The notes: generated by a model from the sequence alone, not told the origin. A stretch of 32,000 bases of DNA from Pirellula staleyi DSM 6068 (GCA_000025185.1 CP001848.1:6090001-6122000); one strand, 5' to 3'; positions 8,307 to 17,824 are shown, numbered from the stretch's first letter. A program made the numbers and translations.

Positions 8307-9281
8307 TTAGGGTTGCGGCTTCGAGCCTTTATAGAATTTGCGTGCAAGGGGAGCGTTATAGGTGGTCCAAGGGGATTCGCTATTAATGTCTTCGCGCAAG
8401 AGTTGGCCGACGGCATAGATCTTGGCATCAAGATTGTCTAAATAGTGCAAGGCGATCGCTTCCAAAGTCATCGGGAGTTTCGGGCTGCCGAACTCATATT
8501 CGCCGTGATGGCTCAAGATCATGTGCTTGATTCGGAGCAGCATCTCCTGCGGGAAAGTCTCGCCGGTGAGCTGCTGGTAGTCTCGCACTTTCTCTTCAAC
8601 CATGCTCACGGCCATGACAATGTGGCCAATCAGCTGGCCTTCGTCGCTATAGCCTAGTTCGCGCTCGTAGGTGAGCTCGTTGATTTTGCCAGCGTCGTGC
8701 AAAAAGACGCCGATGCGAAGCATGTCTGGGTCGATTTCGGGATAGCGAGCCGCCACTACGGCACACAGTTCCATCAGACTGACGACATGCGCCAGCAGAC
8801 CGCCGCGATAGGCGTGGTGATTCTTGATTCCAGCGGGGGCCTGCGTGAACTTGGTCATGAAGTTTTCGTCGACCAGGAAACACTCCGCCAGGTCGCGCAG
8901 CGGGGCGCTAGTCATGCCGCGCAGCATTTCGGCCAGCCGCGAAGCAAGTGCGTCGATCTCGGCGGTGCTGACGCTTTGAAAATCAGCTTCGTCGACTTTC
9001 GTGGCGTCGACCGGGTCGATCCGAGTCACGATCATCTGCATGCCACCGTTGTAAAGCTGCGTCGTCCCCTGCACACGCAAATAGTGCCCCACCTCGACCG
9101 ACTGTCCCAGTTGCTCGGTAACGTTCCAGAGCATGCCAGTGAGCGAGCCGGTTTTGTCGGTCATGCGCAGCTGCAAGTAGAGATTGCCATTGCGGTTGGC
9201 TCTCAGCTGCTTGTCGGCGACCAAGTAAACTTCATCGACAGTTTCACGTTCGGCGAGCTGATTGATATAGCGTCGGGGCAT
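8307..9281 (-). CDS. yhaM: OB-fold + HD-domain 3'-5' exoribonuclease, YhaM-like
   Basis: N-terminal OB fold (NGNLYLQLRMTDKTGSLTGMLWN) followed by an HD domain (HHAYRGGLLAHV, FLHDAGK, LSHHGEYEFGSP). ATG at 9281. Confidence 0.85.
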   Translation of the reverse strand: MPRRYINQLAERETVDEVYLVADKQLRANRNGNLYLQLRMTDKTGSLTGMLWNVTEQLGQSVEVGHYLRVQGTTQLYNGGMQMIVTRIDPVDATKVDEADFQSVSTAEIDALASRLAEMLRGMTSAPLRDLAECFLVDENFMTKFTQAPAGIKNHHAYRGGLLAHVVSLMELCAVVAARYPEIDPDMLRIGVFLHDAGKINELTYERELGYSDEGQLIGHIVMAVSMVEEKVRDYQQLTGETFPQEMLLRIKHMILSHHGEYEFGSPKLPMTLEAIALHYLDNLDAKIYAVGQLLREDINSESPWTTYNAPLARKFYKGSKPQP

Positions 9282-9478
9282 GTCGCAGGAAGCTTTCGTG
9301 AGCTGCTAGGGAGCGGAATCGTTCGACGATCGCTTGTGGCTTGCGGCCACCACAACCACCCGTTTAAGGGGTCTAATTTTGCGTACGGATGTACAGCGAA
9401 CCTCAGGGCCGCGCCACTTGTCGGTCTAGGGCGATCTGACTACCATAACAGTTTCCCTAATTTTGTGGGAGTTCCACT

Positions 9479-10039
9479 ATGCGTCACGTTCTCTCCGCTG
9501 TTGTACAAAACGTCCCAGGCGTCCTGGCACACATCAGCGGCATGCTTGCTTCGCGCGGCTACAACATCGACTCGCTGGCTGTCGGCGAGACTCAAGAGCC
9601 CAATCTTTCGCGGATGACGTTTGTCGTCATGGGCGATGATCGCGTGCTCGAGCAGGTCCGCAAGCAGCTTGAGAAGATCGTGACTGTGGTGCGTGTCGAC
9701 GATGTTAGCTCGCAAGAGCATGTCGAACGTGATTTGATGCTCCTGAAGGTTTCGGCCCCCGCCGGGACGCAGCGTACCGAGATTCGTGAACTGGTTGATA
9801 TCTTCCGCGGTCGCATCGTCGACGTCGGCGAAACCGAGATGATGATTGAAATTTCGGGTCGCGAGCAGAAGGTCGAAGCCTTCATCGATCGCATGCGTCC
9901 CTACGGAATCCTCGAACTCGTGCGAACTGGTCGGATTGCGATGGTTCGCGGACAGAGTAAGCCACGCGGCATCGACGATGGGATTCCAATCACGACCGAG
10001 ACACCCAATCGCGAATATGCGAGCACCGATGGCCTGTAG
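9479..10039 (+). CDS. ilvN: Acetolactate synthase small (regulatory) subunit
   Basis: ACT-domain start MRHVLSAVVQNVPGVLAHISGMLASRGYNIDSLAVG, followed by the ALS_ss_C-like part (REIFRGRIVDV pattern: VDIFRGRIVDVGE). Directly precedes ilvC. Confidence 0.93.
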   Translation: MRHVLSAVVQNVPGVLAHISGMLASRGYNIDSLAVGETQEPNLSRMTFVVMGDDRVLEQVRKQLEKIVTVVRVDDVSSQEHVERDLMLLKVSAPAGTQRTEIRELVDIFRGRIVDVGETEMMIEISGREQKVEAFIDRMRPYGILELVRTGRIAMVRGQSKPRGIDDGIPITTETPNREYASTDGL

Positions 10040-10178
10040 TTCGCTACTCGCCTTCCGCTCGTCGAAATCGCATCCAATGCCAACGATCGCTCGACACATC
10101 ACCATGTCGGGCGATTCGCGTTTAAGTCCCTCCAATACGTCGATTTTTGCGTTGCTGGTGTAGCTTTCAAGCGAGCTC

Positions 10179-10202
10179 GTGGGGCAAAACGTTTTGCCAC
10201 AC
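10179..10202. promoter_or_regulatory. Palindrome between ilvN and ilvC
   Basis: Perfect 16-bp palindrome GGCAAAACGTTTTGCC (10183-10198), extending to 24 bp with one mismatch. It lies 55-78 nt upstream of the ilvC ATG. Confidence 0.4.
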
Positions 10203-10256
10203 AACTCGCCTTACAACACACTCTCCCCCTTCTATTTTGCTTAGGAATTTCCGTCG

Positions 10257-11261
10257 ATGGCTGCCACGATCTATTACGACAATGATGCCGATCTCTCGCT
10301 GCTGAAGAACAAGACCATTGCCATTCTCGGCTACGGTTCGCAAGGTCATGCTCAGGCTCAAAACCTGCGCGACAGCGGTTGCAACGTCATCATCGGCCAG
10401 CGCCCTGGCAGCCCTAACTACGATCTTGCTGTGAAGCACGGCTTCAAGCCGATGAGCGCTGAAGAAGCGACCAAAGCGGCTGACATCATCAACATCCTGC
10501 TCCCCGACGAAGTGCAAGGGGACGTCTATCGCGCCAGCATCAAGCCGAACCTGAAGCCCGGCAACATCCTGATGGCTTCGCACGGTTTCAACATGCACTT
10601 CGGCCAGGTCGAGCCACCTGCCGGTGTCGATGCGATGCTGGTCGCCCCAAAGGGTCCTGGCCACCTCGTTCGCAGTGAATTCGAAAAGGGTGGTGGCGTT
10701 CCTGGTCTCATCGCCATTGCTCCCGGCAGCAGCGCCGACACCATCAAGTACGGTCTGGCCTACGCCAAGGGGATCGGTGCCACCCGCGGTGGTGTGATCC
10801 AAACCACGATTGCTGAAGAAACCGAAACCGACCTGTTCGGCGAGCAAGTCGTTCTGTGCGGTGGCGTTAGCGAACTGGTGAAGGCTGGTTTCGAAACGCT
10901 CGTCGAAGCCGGTTATCAGCCAGAAATGGCCTACTTCGAATGTATGCACGAACTCAAGCTGATCGTCGACCTGTTCTATCAGGGTGGTCTGAACTACATG
11001 CGTTACAGCGTGTCGAACACCGCTGAATACGGCGACTACACTCGCGGTCCTCGTATCGTGACCGAAGAGACCAAGAAGGAAATGAAGAAGATCCTCAAGG
11101 AAATCCAGAACGGCACTTTTGCCCGCGAATGGATCCTCGAGAACAAGGCTGGCGCTCCTGGCTTCAAGGCCACCCGTCGCAACGAACGTGGTCACCAGAT
11201 CGAAGAAGTCGGTCGCCGCCTCCGCAAGCTCATGACTTGGATTAACGCCAAGGAAGTGTAG
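10257..11261 (+). CDS. ilvC: Ketol-acid reductoisomerase (class I)
   Basis: [22 protein letters not shown]-binding motif, [11 protein letters not shown] and SNTAEYGDY motifs, 334 aa. Confidence 0.97.
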   Translation: MAATIYYDNDADLSLLKNKTIAILGYGSQGHAQAQNLRDSGCNVIIGQRPGSPNYDLAVKHGFKPMSAEEATKAADIINILLPDEVQGDVYRASIKPNLKPGNILMASHGFNMHFGQVEPPAGVDAMLVAPKGPGHLVRSEFEKGGGVPGLIAIAPGSSADTIKYGLAYAKGIGATRGGVIQTTIAEETETDLFGEQVVLCGGVSELVKAGFETLVEAGYQPEMAYFECMHELKLIVDLFYQGGLNYMRYSVSNTAEYGDYTRGPRIVTEETKKEMKKILKEIQNGTFAREWILENKAGAPGFKATRRNERGHQIEEVGRRLRKLMTWINAKEV

Positions 11262-11307
11262 TCGAAAAAATAGGTCTCCGAAGCCTGACTCGCCGAAAGC
11301 TAGTGGG

Positions 11308-11336
11308 ACTGCTACGATAAAGAATGTCGTAGTAGT
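11308..11336 (+). terminator. Hairpin downstream of ilvC
   Basis: ACTGCTACGA (11308-11317) / TCGTAGTAGT (11327-11336): 10-bp stem with one G-U pair, 9-nt loop, 47 nt after the ilvC stop. No U-tract. Confidence 0.3.
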
Positions 11337-11388
11337 CGCTGGATGGTGCGAGCGACGGACGAAACTGCAAGTTTTGGAACCACTGGCT

Positions 11389-11655
11389 ATGGCTTACGCA
11401 GAAACGATCGAACTGTTTGCCTCGCTTCAGCCTGGTGATCGAGTGCAACTCGACCACGAAGTGAAAGTGGGATTTCGCAAATGGAGCACCACCACCATCG
11501 GCACGGTGGTGAGCACCCAACGGCGTCGCCATAGCCTGCACTATCGCCGCAACCTCGACGACAAAGTCTTCAGCGACATCATTGTCCTGAAGCGGGATTC
11601 GGGCGAACTAACCACCTTTACGCTCGACGAGTTCTCGCAGCTTCGCAAGCTGTAA
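11389..11655 (+). CDS. Small hypothetical protein (88 aa)
   Basis: The tracked ORF begins at TTG 11374; the first ATG is at 11389 (MAYAETIEL). Reasonable composition, and it ends 26 nt before the radical SAM gene. No recognisable family. Confidence 0.55.
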   Translation: MAYAETIELFASLQPGDRVQLDHEVKVGFRKWSTTTIGTVVSTQRRRHSLHYRRNLDDKVFSDIIVLKRDSGELTTFTLDEFSQLRKL

Positions 11656-11659
11656 ACTC

Positions 11660-11677
11660 GCCGAGCATAGGCTCGGC
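11660..11677 (+). other. Intercistronic hairpin between the 88-aa gene and the radical SAM gene
   Basis: GCCGAGC-ATAG-GCTCGGC: 7-bp stem, 4-nt loop. It starts 5 nt after the TAA stop and ends 5 nt before GTG 11682. Confidence 0.3.
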
Positions 11678-11681
11678 ACGC

Positions 11682-12560
11682 GTGACTATTCTCCCCCTGC
11701 ATCAGCAGCATCAGCGACGGTTCGAATCGCACCGTTATGTCTACCCGGTGCTGAGCAGGCGTAGTCATGGCATCTCGATCGGGGTGAATCTCAACCCCGA
11801 TAAAGTCTGCAACTTCGACTGCATTTATTGTCAGGTGAACCGCCGAGAACCGGGCGAATCGAAGTTCGTTGCGATCGATCAACTGCTGACGGAACTCGAC
11901 ACGCTGCTCGAACTGGCGTCGACCGGCGAACTCTACGAAACGCCCAAGTTTGCCGCTACGCCACCCCATTTGCGGCGACTTAACGACATTGCCTTCTCCG
12001 GAGATGGCGAGCCGACAACGTTCAAGAATTTCGATGAGATCGTCGCCCGCGCGGCAGAGCTGAAACGTGTGCGAAAACTTGACGACGTCAAGATGGTCCT
12101 CATCACCAACGCCAGCATGTTCCACCGCGAGCATGTGCAGCGAGGACTCGTTACGCTTGATCAAAACAACGGCGAGATTTGGGCAAAACTCGAGGCAGGA
12201 ACCGAGCCCTATTTCCACTTGGTCGATCGGACACCGATCGCTTTTCAGCAGATCCTCGACAACTTGCTGAGTGCTGCTCGCGTGCGCCCCCTTGTGATTC
12301 AGTCGCTGTTCATGAATGTCGATGGCGTGCCTCCATCGAGCGAGGAACTTATCGCCTACACCGATCGGCTGCAGGAAATCATCGCGGGGGGTGGCCAGAT
12401 CCGTTTGGTGCAGATCTACACCGTGGCCCGACAGCCTGCTGAGTCGTATGTCACGCCACTCCCTGACGCGCAGGTTGACGCGATCGTAGAATTAGTCAGG
12501 AGCCGCACAGGCATTGCTGCAGAGGCGTTCTATGGCGCATCGAGTTCCGCCGCCGGTTAA
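11682..12560 (+). CDS. Radical SAM protein (COG0731-like, function unknown)
   Basis: CNFDCIYC (Cx3Cx2C) cluster preceded by YPVLSRRSHGISIGVNLNP. SGDGEPT SAM-binding-like motif. GTG start at 11682. Confidence 0.85.
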   Translation: MTILPLHQQHQRRFESHRYVYPVLSRRSHGISIGVNLNPDKVCNFDCIYCQVNRREPGESKFVAIDQLLTELDTLLELASTGELYETPKFAATPPHLRRLNDIAFSGDGEPTTFKNFDEIVARAAELKRVRKLDDVKMVLITNASMFHREHVQRGLVTLDQNNGEIWAKLEAGTEPYFHLVDRTPIAFQQILDNLLSAARVRPLVIQSLFMNVDGVPPSSEELIAYTDRLQEIIAGGGQIRLVQIYTVARQPAESYVTPLPDAQVDAIVELVRSRTGIAAEAFYGASSSAAG

Positions 12561-12611
12561 CCCCAGCATTCCTTCGGATGCCAGTAGCCTTTTTCTTCAG
12601 GTCAACGAGCC

Positions 12612-12824
12612 ATGACACTTGAGTCGCGTCCCTCCGGTGGAAACATCAAATGGATCATGCTCGCCGTGATCGTGTGGGGAATCATTCTGGCGATCGGAGC
12701 GTCTTTGTATGGCTCGAAGGTCGACATCATGCGTGGCGTGATCGTCGCCACGATCGCCTTTCTCTTCATTGGCTTTTGGGGGCTGATGATGCTCACCCAC
12801 AAGCGCACACGTGAAGCGAAATAA
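12612..12824 (+). CDS. Small membrane protein, two predicted TM helices
   Basis: ATG start. Two hydrophobic stretches (IKWIMLAVIVWGIILAIGASLYG and VIVATIAFLFIGFWGLMMLTH) and a basic C-terminus. Lies 51 nt after the radical SAM gene. Confidence 0.6.
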   Translation: MTLESRPSGGNIKWIMLAVIVWGIILAIGASLYGSKVDIMRGVIVATIAFLFIGFWGLMMLTHKRTREAK

Positions 12825-12827
12825 GCT

Positions 12828-13166
12828 TCACTTCTTCTTGCAGTTGAGCTGATCCTCTTTCAGATGCAGCTCTTCCACGATGCGGCCATGGACCACCGTC
12901 TCTTCGATGATCTTCGGCACATCTTTCACTTGCACATTGCCGTACCAAATCGCCTGCGGATAGATCACGATCACAGGCCCGAGTTCACACTGGTCGAGAC
13001 AGCCTGCGGAGTTGGCCCGCACCTCTCCCTTGAGTCCGCGCCGGTCGAGTTCCTTCTTGAACGCCGACTTCAGCCGCTCTTCGCCATCGACATCACACGA
13101 ACCTCGCTTGTGACCTTTTTCGCGCTGATTGGTGCAGATGAAAATATGATGCGTGAAGGCTGCCAT
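12828..13166 (-). CDS. Thioredoxin-like [2Fe-2S] ferredoxin
   Basis: HHIFICTNQR...GSC...GCLDQCELGPVIVIYP pattern of the COG3411 ferredoxins. ATG at 13166 (MAAFTHH) is preferred over the tracked start at 13208. Confidence 0.85.
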   Translation of the reverse strand: MAAFTHHIFICTNQREKGHKRGSCDVDGEERLKSAFKKELDRRGLKGEVRANSAGCLDQCELGPVIVIYPQAIWYGNVQVKDVPKIIEETVVHGRIVEELHLKEDQLNCKKK

Positions 13167-13221
13167 GAGGTCGCTTCTAGTGCTATTGGACGGGAAGGAT
13201 TGCCTCAAGATAGTTTCGTGA

Positions 13222-14868
13222 TCACGCGGCGCGAAGCTGGCGATCTAGCGACGAACTAGCCTGGGGACTTCCCCGGCGCACCACTTCTTGGTCTGCCGAA
13301 CTGATGCCGTAGAGCTCAAACACCGCCTCGTCGATGGCATGCTCGATCTGCTGTTTCAGCGAGCGGGACGCCTCGAGATCGCACGACAAACGACGTTCGG
13401 CCAGGAGTATCAACCGCTGATACTTTCCCATCGCAGTGCGGTCATCAGACCGAGGGACTACGATGGGAAGCTCAGCCAGCTGCGCGAGATTGATCGAGAA
13501 GTAATCGGCTGCCAGCCGCTTGGCTGCATAGCGTTCGATGAAAATGGCATGCATCAAGGACGAGTTGAGGATCGCCAGTAGATAACGCAAGTCGAGCGCC
13601 GATTTCCAAATCGCAAAGACCTGCACAGCTAGCGCGCAGCCGACTTCGTCGAGCGCCACCTCAAGTTGCTGCGACATCCCGCTGACCACAAGTTTCTGCG
13701 AGCGATACAGCTCCCGTTTTTTGAGGGTCAATCTTGCTTGCGTAACATCGAGAACCGGCTCGTCGTAATAGACATTTTGAAATCGGCCCCGAGCGTGATC
13801 GAGCTGGTAGCGATCGATTTGACCACTCACGAGAAACGGCAGGTAACTCCCCTTCTCCTCTGCCGCGACATTATTACGAGACTTTACAAACGGTCGCATC
13901 GCTGCGGCTGTGAATCCCGAAGCGCCGCTAACAATCGTCGCAATGTTTCCGAGCTTCTGCACGTCGCCATGCTGCTCGAGTAGCGAAAAGCGTTCGCACG
14001 AAAGAGACCATCGTTCGGTCGAGAAGCGACTTTGAGGCACGAGCGTTAGAACTCGCTGCGACAAGTCGGCGCGGTCTTCGATGTGGGTCACTCGTACGCG
14101 ATGCTCACTCGGCGCAGGAGCTCGACGAATAACGAGGATGCAGGGGTAAACCTTCGCTCCACGAAACATCATCAGCTTCGAAAGATCGATCACCTCGACC
14201 AATGTTTGCTCGAGCACCAAGCGACGACAAGCCGTAGCATATTTCATGGCAGCGATACGGCTCGGCACAAGGAGTCCGCAAATGCCACCAGGCTTCACTA
14301 GTTCCAAACAGCGTTCGACAAACAGGACGTAAAGATCGAAACAGCCACACGCACTTTGATAGTCCCGTTTATAGGCGTCGATCTTCTCGCGCGAAGCCTG
14401 CTGCGTGAGTCGCCGAATACTTACGTACGGCGGGTTCGAGAGGACGAGATCGAACTGCTGATTGGCAATTGCCGCGCGGTCGAGCGCATCGGCAACTTGA
14501 AGCTGAGCCCCTACGTCACTCGAATTCCCCACCAGTGAACCTGCGCGGTGAATCGCCACAGGATCGATGTCGTAGCCCGTGAAATGCACCGATTCAGCTG
14601 GCGAGCCTACACGCTTCAGTTCATCGCTCGCCGCTTGCAGCAATGCACCTTCACCGCATGCGGGATCGACGATTTGCAGTATTGTGCGATCTTTCGGGAT
14701 GCCCGCTTGATGCAGCGCAGCGAGTGAAACTTCGGCGAGTAAGCGGGCCAGCGTCGCGGGTGTATAGACCACCCCCGCATCGTGTCTGGCTCGTCGCTCG
14801 ATAGCTCGCTGTTTCAACTCCCACTCCTTCACCTGTCTGCTCGCGCCACCATAACGTGAGTGACGCAA
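13222..14868 (-). CDS. Gamma-class N6-adenine DNA methyltransferase (Eco57I-type MTase domain + TaqI-like C-terminal specificity domain)
   Basis: Motif I VDPACGEGALL and motif IV LSNPPYV in gamma order. The C-terminal half resembles a TaqI-type TRD. There is no ATG near the 5' end; candidate starts are TTG 14868 or GTG 14832. Confidence 0.9.
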   Translation of the reverse strand: MRHSRYGGASRQVKEWELKQRAIERRARHDAGVVYTPATLARLLAEVSLAALHQAGIPKDRTILQIVDPACGEGALLQAASDELKRVGSPAESVHFTGYDIDPVAIHRAGSLVGNSSDVGAQLQVADALDRAAIANQQFDLVLSNPPYVSIRRLTQQASREKIDAYKRDYQSACGCFDLYVLFVERCLELVKPGGICGLLVPSRIAAMKYATACRRLVLEQTLVEVIDLSKLMMFRGAKVYPCILVIRRAPAPSEHRVRVTHIEDRADLSQRVLTLVPQSRFSTERWSLSCERFSLLEQHGDVQKLGNIATIVSGASGFTAAAMRPFVKSRNNVAAEEKGSYLPFLVSGQIDRYQLDHARGRFQNVYYDEPVLDVTQARLTLKKRELYRSQKLVVSGMSQQLEVALDEVGCALAVQVFAIWKSALDLRYLLAILNSSLMHAIFIERYAAKRLAADYFSINLAQLAELPIVVPRSDDRTAMGKYQRLILLAERRLSCDLEASRSLKQQIEHAIDEAVFELYGISSADQEVVRRGSPQASSSLDRQLRAA

Positions 14869-15140
14869 CCACAGTCGCGCGGAGCGTAGCAGCGACTAGT
14901 ACTGCCAGCAAAGACCAATCCAGCTGCTAGCGGTGCCAGCAGTTTGCTGAGTCTGACGAGGCCCATTTCCAGGAAATCAGCCAGGCGCCTGAGTTCCTCT
15001 GTAGTCGATCGCCCACCTGGGACGATACCCGGATCGAAGCGCGAGTTTCCTGGGTGTGTAGTATGCAGGGCGATTCATTTTCGCACCGTTCATTCACCAC
15101 CACTGCTCGCGTGAACTTCCCCCCAAGAGGCGCTGCCATC

Positions 15141-15620
15141 ATGCCGCATGCGACATTGTTTCCGATCATCGCCAGTGGGGGCATCGTGGCCTATCGCGCG
15201 GCGACCAAGGTGGTGAGTGAAGGCCTTTCGTTCGCCAGCCAACTGGTGAATCCCACGGCGGGGGATGTGGTCGCCGAGGTCCCCGCCGCAAGTGCAGAAC
15301 CTAATCCACCATCGGATGCGCTCCAAAAGAAGCTAGACGATCTGGCCTCGCAACTCACCGAGCTTCTTACTCGTGGTGGTATCGATTCGACTCAGCCGGT
15401 CGAATTCTCACTCGATGGGATCGGTGGAGTCGACGTTGAATTTGACCACTCCCAAGCCTCCGAGATCGAGCAGTTGCTCGCAGATCAGCCGGAACTTCTG
15501 GCGAAAATCCACGAGATCGCCGAGCAAATCATTGCTGAGACAGCGCTCGGAACTGCAGCGCCACGCGACGTACGCTTGACGCTCAGCAATAAGAAGCTCG
15601 CAGGGTTGATCGATCCCTAG
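15141..15620 (+). CDS. Hypothetical acidic protein with hydrophobic N-terminus
   Basis: ATG at 15141 (MPHATLFPIIASGGIVAYRAA) is preferred over the tracked start at 15054. The protein has an acidic helical body. No family recognised. Confidence 0.55.
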   Translation: MPHATLFPIIASGGIVAYRAATKVVSEGLSFASQLVNPTAGDVVAEVPAASAEPNPPSDALQKKLDDLASQLTELLTRGGIDSTQPVEFSLDGIGGVDVEFDHSQASEIEQLLADQPELLAKIHEIAEQIIAETALGTAAPRDVRLTLSNKKLAGLIDP

Positions 15621-15647
15621 CATGAGCGGCGAGACATGGCGCGCCGC

Positions 15648-17090
15648 TTACGCTTTCATCTGCACAATCCGCTCAGCAGCCAGCTTCGCACTCCGAACGC
15701 AAAACGGTATACCAACCCCTCGGAGTGAGTTTCCTGCAAGTGCCAGGCGGGGCAAGCTGCCGACGAGCGTTTCGATCTCTTTCGCGAGGTCGAGATGTCC
15801 CACGTGATACTGGGGCATCGCATCGAGCCAGCGACAAATCCGTGTGAACTCGGCGGGACCACGATAGCCGATCAATTCCCGCAGCTCTTGATCGACGAGC
15901 GACTCGAGCGCTGCATCAGGAAGCCTCGCCAACTCGGGCTGCAAGGCACCTCCGACGAACGTTCGGATAAGGACACTATCGTCGGGCGCTCGCCCCGGAT
16001 ACTTCACGCTCGCGAAGCTGGCAGCGATGATCTTTCGCCCCTCGCGTGCGGGACAAACCAGTCCAAAACCGTTCAGAGGATGAGCGATATCCTTTCGTTT
16101 CACCCCCATGACAACCACGCTGCACGAAGCAAACTCGACCTGCGATAGTTTTGCGGCGAGATCGGGCGCTGCCGTGGCGAGCAAGGGGTGTGCACCACGC
16201 GCCGAGAGGGCGATCACAACGTCATCGAACCACTCTTCGCGCGACGAATTTCCCGCCGATGAATCTGTGCTGCCACGCGTAGCGCGAAACTTCCATTTCC
16301 GCTCCCCCAGGGGAACGGACTCAAGCTGATCAACACGTGTATCAAGTTCGATCGTTCCCGGGAGGAGCTTGGCTGCGACAGCCTCAATCAGCCGCTGCAT
16401 ACCATCGCGGGGAGCGAGAAAAAGGCCATAGCGGGCACCACTGCCAGCCGCTTGCTTTTCGCCTGATTTTCGCAAGAGCGTGGCGCGCACCACGCTCCCG
16501 AACTTTTGCTCCATCATCACAAACTGCGGCATCGTAGCCAGCATACTGAGGCGTTCGGGATCAGCGGTGTAGATGCCACCGATGAGAGGCTGAATCAGCT
16601 GCTCGAACACCTCGCTACCAAAACGACGGCGTGCAAAGCTCGCGAGGCTTTCATCGGTCGTCTCAGCGCGACGCGGAACAAACGTCTCCCAGGCCATCCG
16701 CAACTTGCCGGCGATGCTCAGCAGTGGCGTACGAATGATTGGCCACGCTGCGGTGGGGCTCATCAGCTGAAAACCTTCGGGGACGCGATGCAACTTGCCG
16801 CGTCGCACGATAAAAGCGTGACGATTCGCCTGATTGGTTTCGATCAATTCACTTTCGAGCCCCAATTCTCGGCACAAATCGAGCGCCCAAGGATCTTTTG
16901 TCGTAAACATGTCGGCCGCATGTTCGACCAAATAATCTCCGACCCGTTCGGTTCGCAGCACACCACCGATCCGCGACGAGGCTTCAAACAGCTTCACCTC
17001 GGCCAGCGGCAACTGCTGCTGCAAGTAGTACGCGCAGGCAAGCCCCGAGATTCCTCCTCCAATGACGGCAATACGACGTTGGCTGACCAT
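15648..17090 (-). CDS. hemY: Protoporphyrinogen/coproporphyrinogen oxidase, HemY (PPOX) family
   Basis: FAD dinucleotide fold IAVIGGGISGLACAYYL, 480 aa, PPOX-like layout. The substrate (proto- versus coproporphyrinogen) cannot be decided from sequence by eye. Confidence 0.88.
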   Translation of the reverse strand: MVSQRRIAVIGGGISGLACAYYLQQQLPLAEVKLFEASSRIGGVLRTERVGDYLVEHAADMFTTKDPWALDLCRELGLESELIETNQANRHAFIVRRGKLHRVPEGFQLMSPTAAWPIIRTPLLSIAGKLRMAWETFVPRRAETTDESLASFARRRFGSEVFEQLIQPLIGGIYTADPERLSMLATMPQFVMMEQKFGSVVRATLLRKSGEKQAAGSGARYGLFLAPRDGMQRLIEAVAAKLLPGTIELDTRVDQLESVPLGERKWKFRATRGSTDSSAGNSSREEWFDDVVIALSARGAHPLLATAAPDLAAKLSQVEFASCSVVVMGVKRKDIAHPLNGFGLVCPAREGRKIIAASFASVKYPGRAPDDSVLIRTFVGGALQPELARLPDAALESLVDQELRELIGYRGPAEFTRICRWLDAMPQYHVGHLDLAKEIETLVGSLPRLALAGNSLRGVGIPFCVRSAKLAAERIVQMKA

Positions 17091-17209
17091 GAGACCCTAA
17101 AGATCGATCGCGAAGAAAAACTCGTGAACCTCAGCTTTGTCTATTGTATCTTCGCAGCAACGACTCGCGCAGCTGAGCACCCGCAACTTCTCGTGGAGCA
17201 CCCCGGTCG

Positions 17210-17824
17210 ATGTACGTTCCCACTTCGTTTCGCGAAGAGCGCGACGAGACGATTCTCTCGTTCCTCGAGCAATTCCCTTTCGCGACCCTGGTCTCTCCCA
17301 CCGAAAATGGCATTGTCGCAACCCACCTGCCCCTCGTGCTCGATCGATCACGACGCTCTCTCGTGGGGCATGTGGCCCACGCGAACACGCAGTGGCAATC
17401 CATGTTCTCGGGAAACGCATCGCTGGCCATTTTTCATGGCCCCCACGCCTATATCAGCCCGCTGATGTACGACTCAAGTCCGGCCGTACCAACATGGAAC
17501 TACGCCGCCATCCATGTCACATCCACCCCCGAGCTGATCGAAGAGCCGTCGGCTGTCGCAGCTGCCGTGGAGACCGTGGTCCGGCGGTTCGATCACGATC
17601 CGAGTCGCTGGCGCAAGCCCGAGCATGCTGATTTTCTCGAGAAACTCCTCAGCGGAATCGTGGCGTTCGAGATGCCTCTCGCGCGCGTAGAAGCCAAGTT
17701 TAAGCTGGGCCAAAACCGGAGCGCTGCGGATCAGGAAAAAATGCTCGCGTCCCTTTCGGCTGGTGACGACGAGAGCCAGAATCTCGCACGCTTCATCGAG
17801 GCCTATCGCCAAGGCCGCAGTTAG
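17210..17824 (+). CDS. paiB: FMN-binding negative transcriptional regulator, PaiB family
   Basis: MYVPTSFRE start, GHVAHANTQW, HGPHAYISP, WNYAAIHV and KFKLGQNR motifs characteristic of PaiB. Confidence 0.88.
   Translation: MYVPTSFREERDETILSFLEQFPFATLVSPTENGIVATHLPLVLDRSRRSLVGHVAHANTQWQSMFSGNASLAIFHGPHAYISPLMYDSSPAVPTWNYAAIHVTSTPELIEEPSAVAAAVETVVRRFDHDPSRWRKPEHADFLEKLLSGIVAFEMPLARVEAKFKLGQNRSAADQEKMLASLSAGDDESQNLARFIEAYRQGRS

Noticed and set aside
8697-10204. ORFs 8697-9617 (+, 306 aa) and 9440-10204 (-, 254 aa)
   Set aside because: They are antisense to the yhaM-like gene and ilvN respectively, both of which have clear domain motifs.
10167-11195. 342-aa ORF on the minus strand
   Set aside because: It is fully antisense to ilvC, whose identity is unambiguous. 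The translation has no protein-like motifs. This is a typical high-GC shadow ORF.
12828-15620. The methyltransferase locus as a complete restriction-modification or other defence system
   Set aside because: No nuclease, helicase, ATPase or specificity-subunit gene is adjacent. The neighbours are a ferredoxin and an unclassifiable small acidic protein. Only an orphan methylase can be supported.
16506-17465. 319-aa plus-strand ORF
   Set aside because: It is antisense to hemY and runs through the hemY/paiB promoter region. It has no protein-like features.
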